A DNA stretch of 64,000 nucleotides from Candidatus Latescibacterota bacterium (lineage in GTDB: Bacteria; Latescibacterota; UBA2968; UBA8231). The notes under the pieces were generated by a model, which had not been told where the DNA came from, did not search any database, and was given only the letters and a program-made list of their open reading frames with translations. Shown one piece after another: positions 62,384 to 64,000 of the stretch. Position numbers and translations under genes: made by a program. Within the stretch, counting starts at the first letter, position 1. Every line of letters starts with the position of its first letter. The stretch spans positions 768,001 through 832,000 of the forward strand of contig CBDFJF010000002.1 in assembly GCA_965248265.1 (NCBI GenBank), read 5' to 3'.

Positions 62384-63652
62384 TCATCCCGCGGCTCGTT
62401 GGATCTGCAGTTCCAGCAGATGGCGCTCATGCTCCGTACGAGCGCGGGATAACGCTTCGTCCAGAAAAGCGCGGGCTGGCTCAGGTGAGCCGGCCCGCAT
62501 GTACAGGTTGGCGAGCACGGCAGCCACCGCGTGGGTGTGGGGCAGATTGCCGGCCCGCCGGATCTCCTCCACCAATGGGATGGCAGCGGCCGCGCCATCC
62601 CGGTAGGAAACGGCCACTGCCCGGTTGAGTTCTGCCAGCGGCGAGGGCTCTGCCTCTATCAAGCGATCATACAAATTGCAGATCGACGGCCAGTCCGTCT
62701 CCTCGAAATGGTCCGCGTCACAGTGCCGTGAGGCGATCGCCGCCTCCAGGTGATAGCGCCCCGCCCGCACCGTCTCCATTTGTGCCGTGCGTCCCAGGTA
62801 GGCCAATCCCTGATTGATCAACTGACGGTCCCAAAGTGAACGGTCCTGTCGATCGAGTGGAATCAAGTGGCCTTGAGCGTCCAGGCGGGATTCGAGTCGA
62901 GCAACGACCAGGCACATCAGCGCGAGAAGGGCTACGGTGTCGCTGTTGGATAGCGTCGGTTGGTCGACGAGGAGCCTGGTCAGCGACATGGCCTCGTGGC
63001 ACATCTCCTGCGAGATCGGCTGCTCACCCGTGGACAGGTAGCCTTCGTTGAACAGCAGGTAGAGGACGGCATGAACCGTCTCCAGTGCAGCCGGCAACGC
63101 CTCCGGCGTCGGCAAGGCGAAGTCCACGCCCTCGAGGCCCCGTCGTGTGCGATAGAGACGCTTGTTGATGGTCGATTCGGTTGTCAGCAAGGCGCGGGCG
63201 ATGGCGGGGACACTGAAACCACACAGGGTCTTGAGGATCAGGGTTATCCTGTTTTCCGGTGACAGCGTGTCATTACAACACATGAAAATCATCCGCAGCT
63301 GATCGTCGCGGATAACTTCCTCTTCGAAGGCTTCGTCGACGGTCGTGGACAAGGTCCACTCGCTGTCCAGGTACTTCTCCAGATCCTGTGCAAAGGTTCG
63401 TCGAGTGCGCTCGCGCCGGATGGCATCGATGGCGCGGTTGCGGGCACTCGTCAACATCCAGGCGGCGGGATTGTCCGGAATACCCTGCCCTGACCACGAG
63501 TCCATGGCGGCGATGAAGGACTCCTGCAACACGTCCTCGGCCAGCTCCAGGTTCTGGGGACCAAAGATGCGGGTGAGGACGGAGATCAGCCGTCCCGACT
63601 CGCGCCGGAAGAGGTGCTCGATCTCTGTTCGGATATCGGCAGGATTAGTCAG
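62384..63652 (-). CDS. ECF sigma factor with C-terminal DUF6596/TPR extension (ECF42-like)
   Basis: EHLFRRESGRLISVLTRIFG..LAEDVLQE, W...G.P.NPAAW...ARNRAID.IRR, DDQLRMIFMCC, LYLLFNEGY, Y.LEAAIA; 5' end extended to an inferred CTG start. Confidence 0.88.
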   Translation of the reverse strand: MTNPADIRTEIEHLFRRESGRLISVLTRIFGPQNLELAEDVLQESFIAAMDSWSGQGIPDNPAAWMLTSARNRAIDAIRRERTRRTFAQDLEKYLDSEWTLSTTVDEAFEEEVIRDDQLRMIFMCCNDTLSPENRITLILKTLCGFSVPAIARALLTTESTINKRLYRTRRGLEGVDFALPTPEALPAALETVHAVLYLLFNEGYLSTGEQPISQEMCHEAMSLTRLLVDQPTLSNSDTVALLALMCLVVARLESRLDAQGHLIPLDRQDRSLWDRQLINQGLAYLGRTAQMETVRAGRYHLEAAIASRHCDADHFEETDWPSICNLYDRLIEAEPSPLAELNRAVAVSYRDGAAAAIPLVEEIRRAGNLPHTHAVAAVLANLYMRAGSPEPARAFLDEALSRARTEHERHLLELQIQRAAG

Positions 63653-63926
63653 TGCGTTCCGTGATTTCCAAGAGGTGGTAACCGAATTGCGTTTTCACCG
63701 GTCCGTGTACGACGTTCAGGTCGCCGCTGAAAACGACATCGTCGAACTCCTTAACCATCTGACCGGGTCCAAACTCACCCAGGGCGCCACCCTCGCGGCC
63801 CGACGGGCAGCTGGAATGCTCGCGCGCGACATCCGCGAAGTCGGCACCCCCTTCAATCTCTCCCTTCAACTCCACACACTTCTCTTCGCTGTCCACGAGA
63901 ATATGCCGTGCGCTGGCTGTCGCCAC
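63645..63926 (-). CDS. ppiC: Parvulin peptidyl-prolyl isomerase PpiC
   Basis: ASARHILV, S.CPSG..GG.LG.F..GQMVKEFD, GPVKTQFGYHL; GTG start after AAGGAGG. Confidence 0.95.
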   Translation of the reverse strand: MATASARHILVDSEEKCVELKGEIEGGADFADVAREHSSCPSGREGGALGEFGPGQMVKEFDDVVFSGDLNVVHGPVKTQFGYHLLEITERTD

Positions 63927-64000
63927 AGGGACCTCCTTCACTTTTGAGTGTTCTGATCGAAACGTGTTTCGATAAAGCTACGTGATCGCCGAATTTTCAC

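Overview
A 64-kb piece of a GC-rich bacterial chromosome. Secreted proteins ending in NYPNPFNP...MxLLK (FlgD-Ig/T9SS-like C-terminal domains) with cohesin/dockerin-like modules suggest an FCB-related lineage such as Latescibacterota; this is inference. Layout: (1) 148-5080, minus strand, a coupled operon uvrC-ogt-xerD-like-ecfT-truA, in which the XerD-like protein has lost two catalytic residues. (2) 5457-18580, a surface-protein locus: a short frameshifted paralog, an intact 1518-aa Fn3/cohesin/dockerin protein, and a second ~1524-aa protein. The second gene carries a 903-bp, strongly G/T-skewed repeat and is interrupted by an IS3-family element (13427-14739, CTCC target duplication) and a sense-oriented group II intron (~15717-17761) with an RT/maturase. 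Removing both elements restores one continuous frame. (3) 18593-22444, RlmI-like methylase, FGE-domain protein and HD hydrolase. (4) 22644-35507, core run ndk-yceD-rpmF-fabHDG-acpP-fabF-rnc-lipoyl ligase-oppDF-ppiD-garR-nadK, with no plsX. (5) 35514-64000, mixed metabolic and accessory genes: prpD, a CysE-like protein, OM barrels, transporters, a broken phoX, an amber-interrupted Nramp-like gene, csp, GH5/SGNH, a split-PilZ protein, a DUF3604-like protein, yqjG, a MITE-like element, an ECF sigma factor and ppiC. No rRNA, tRNA or CRISPR array was recognised. All calls come from motifs read by eye; no database searches were run.
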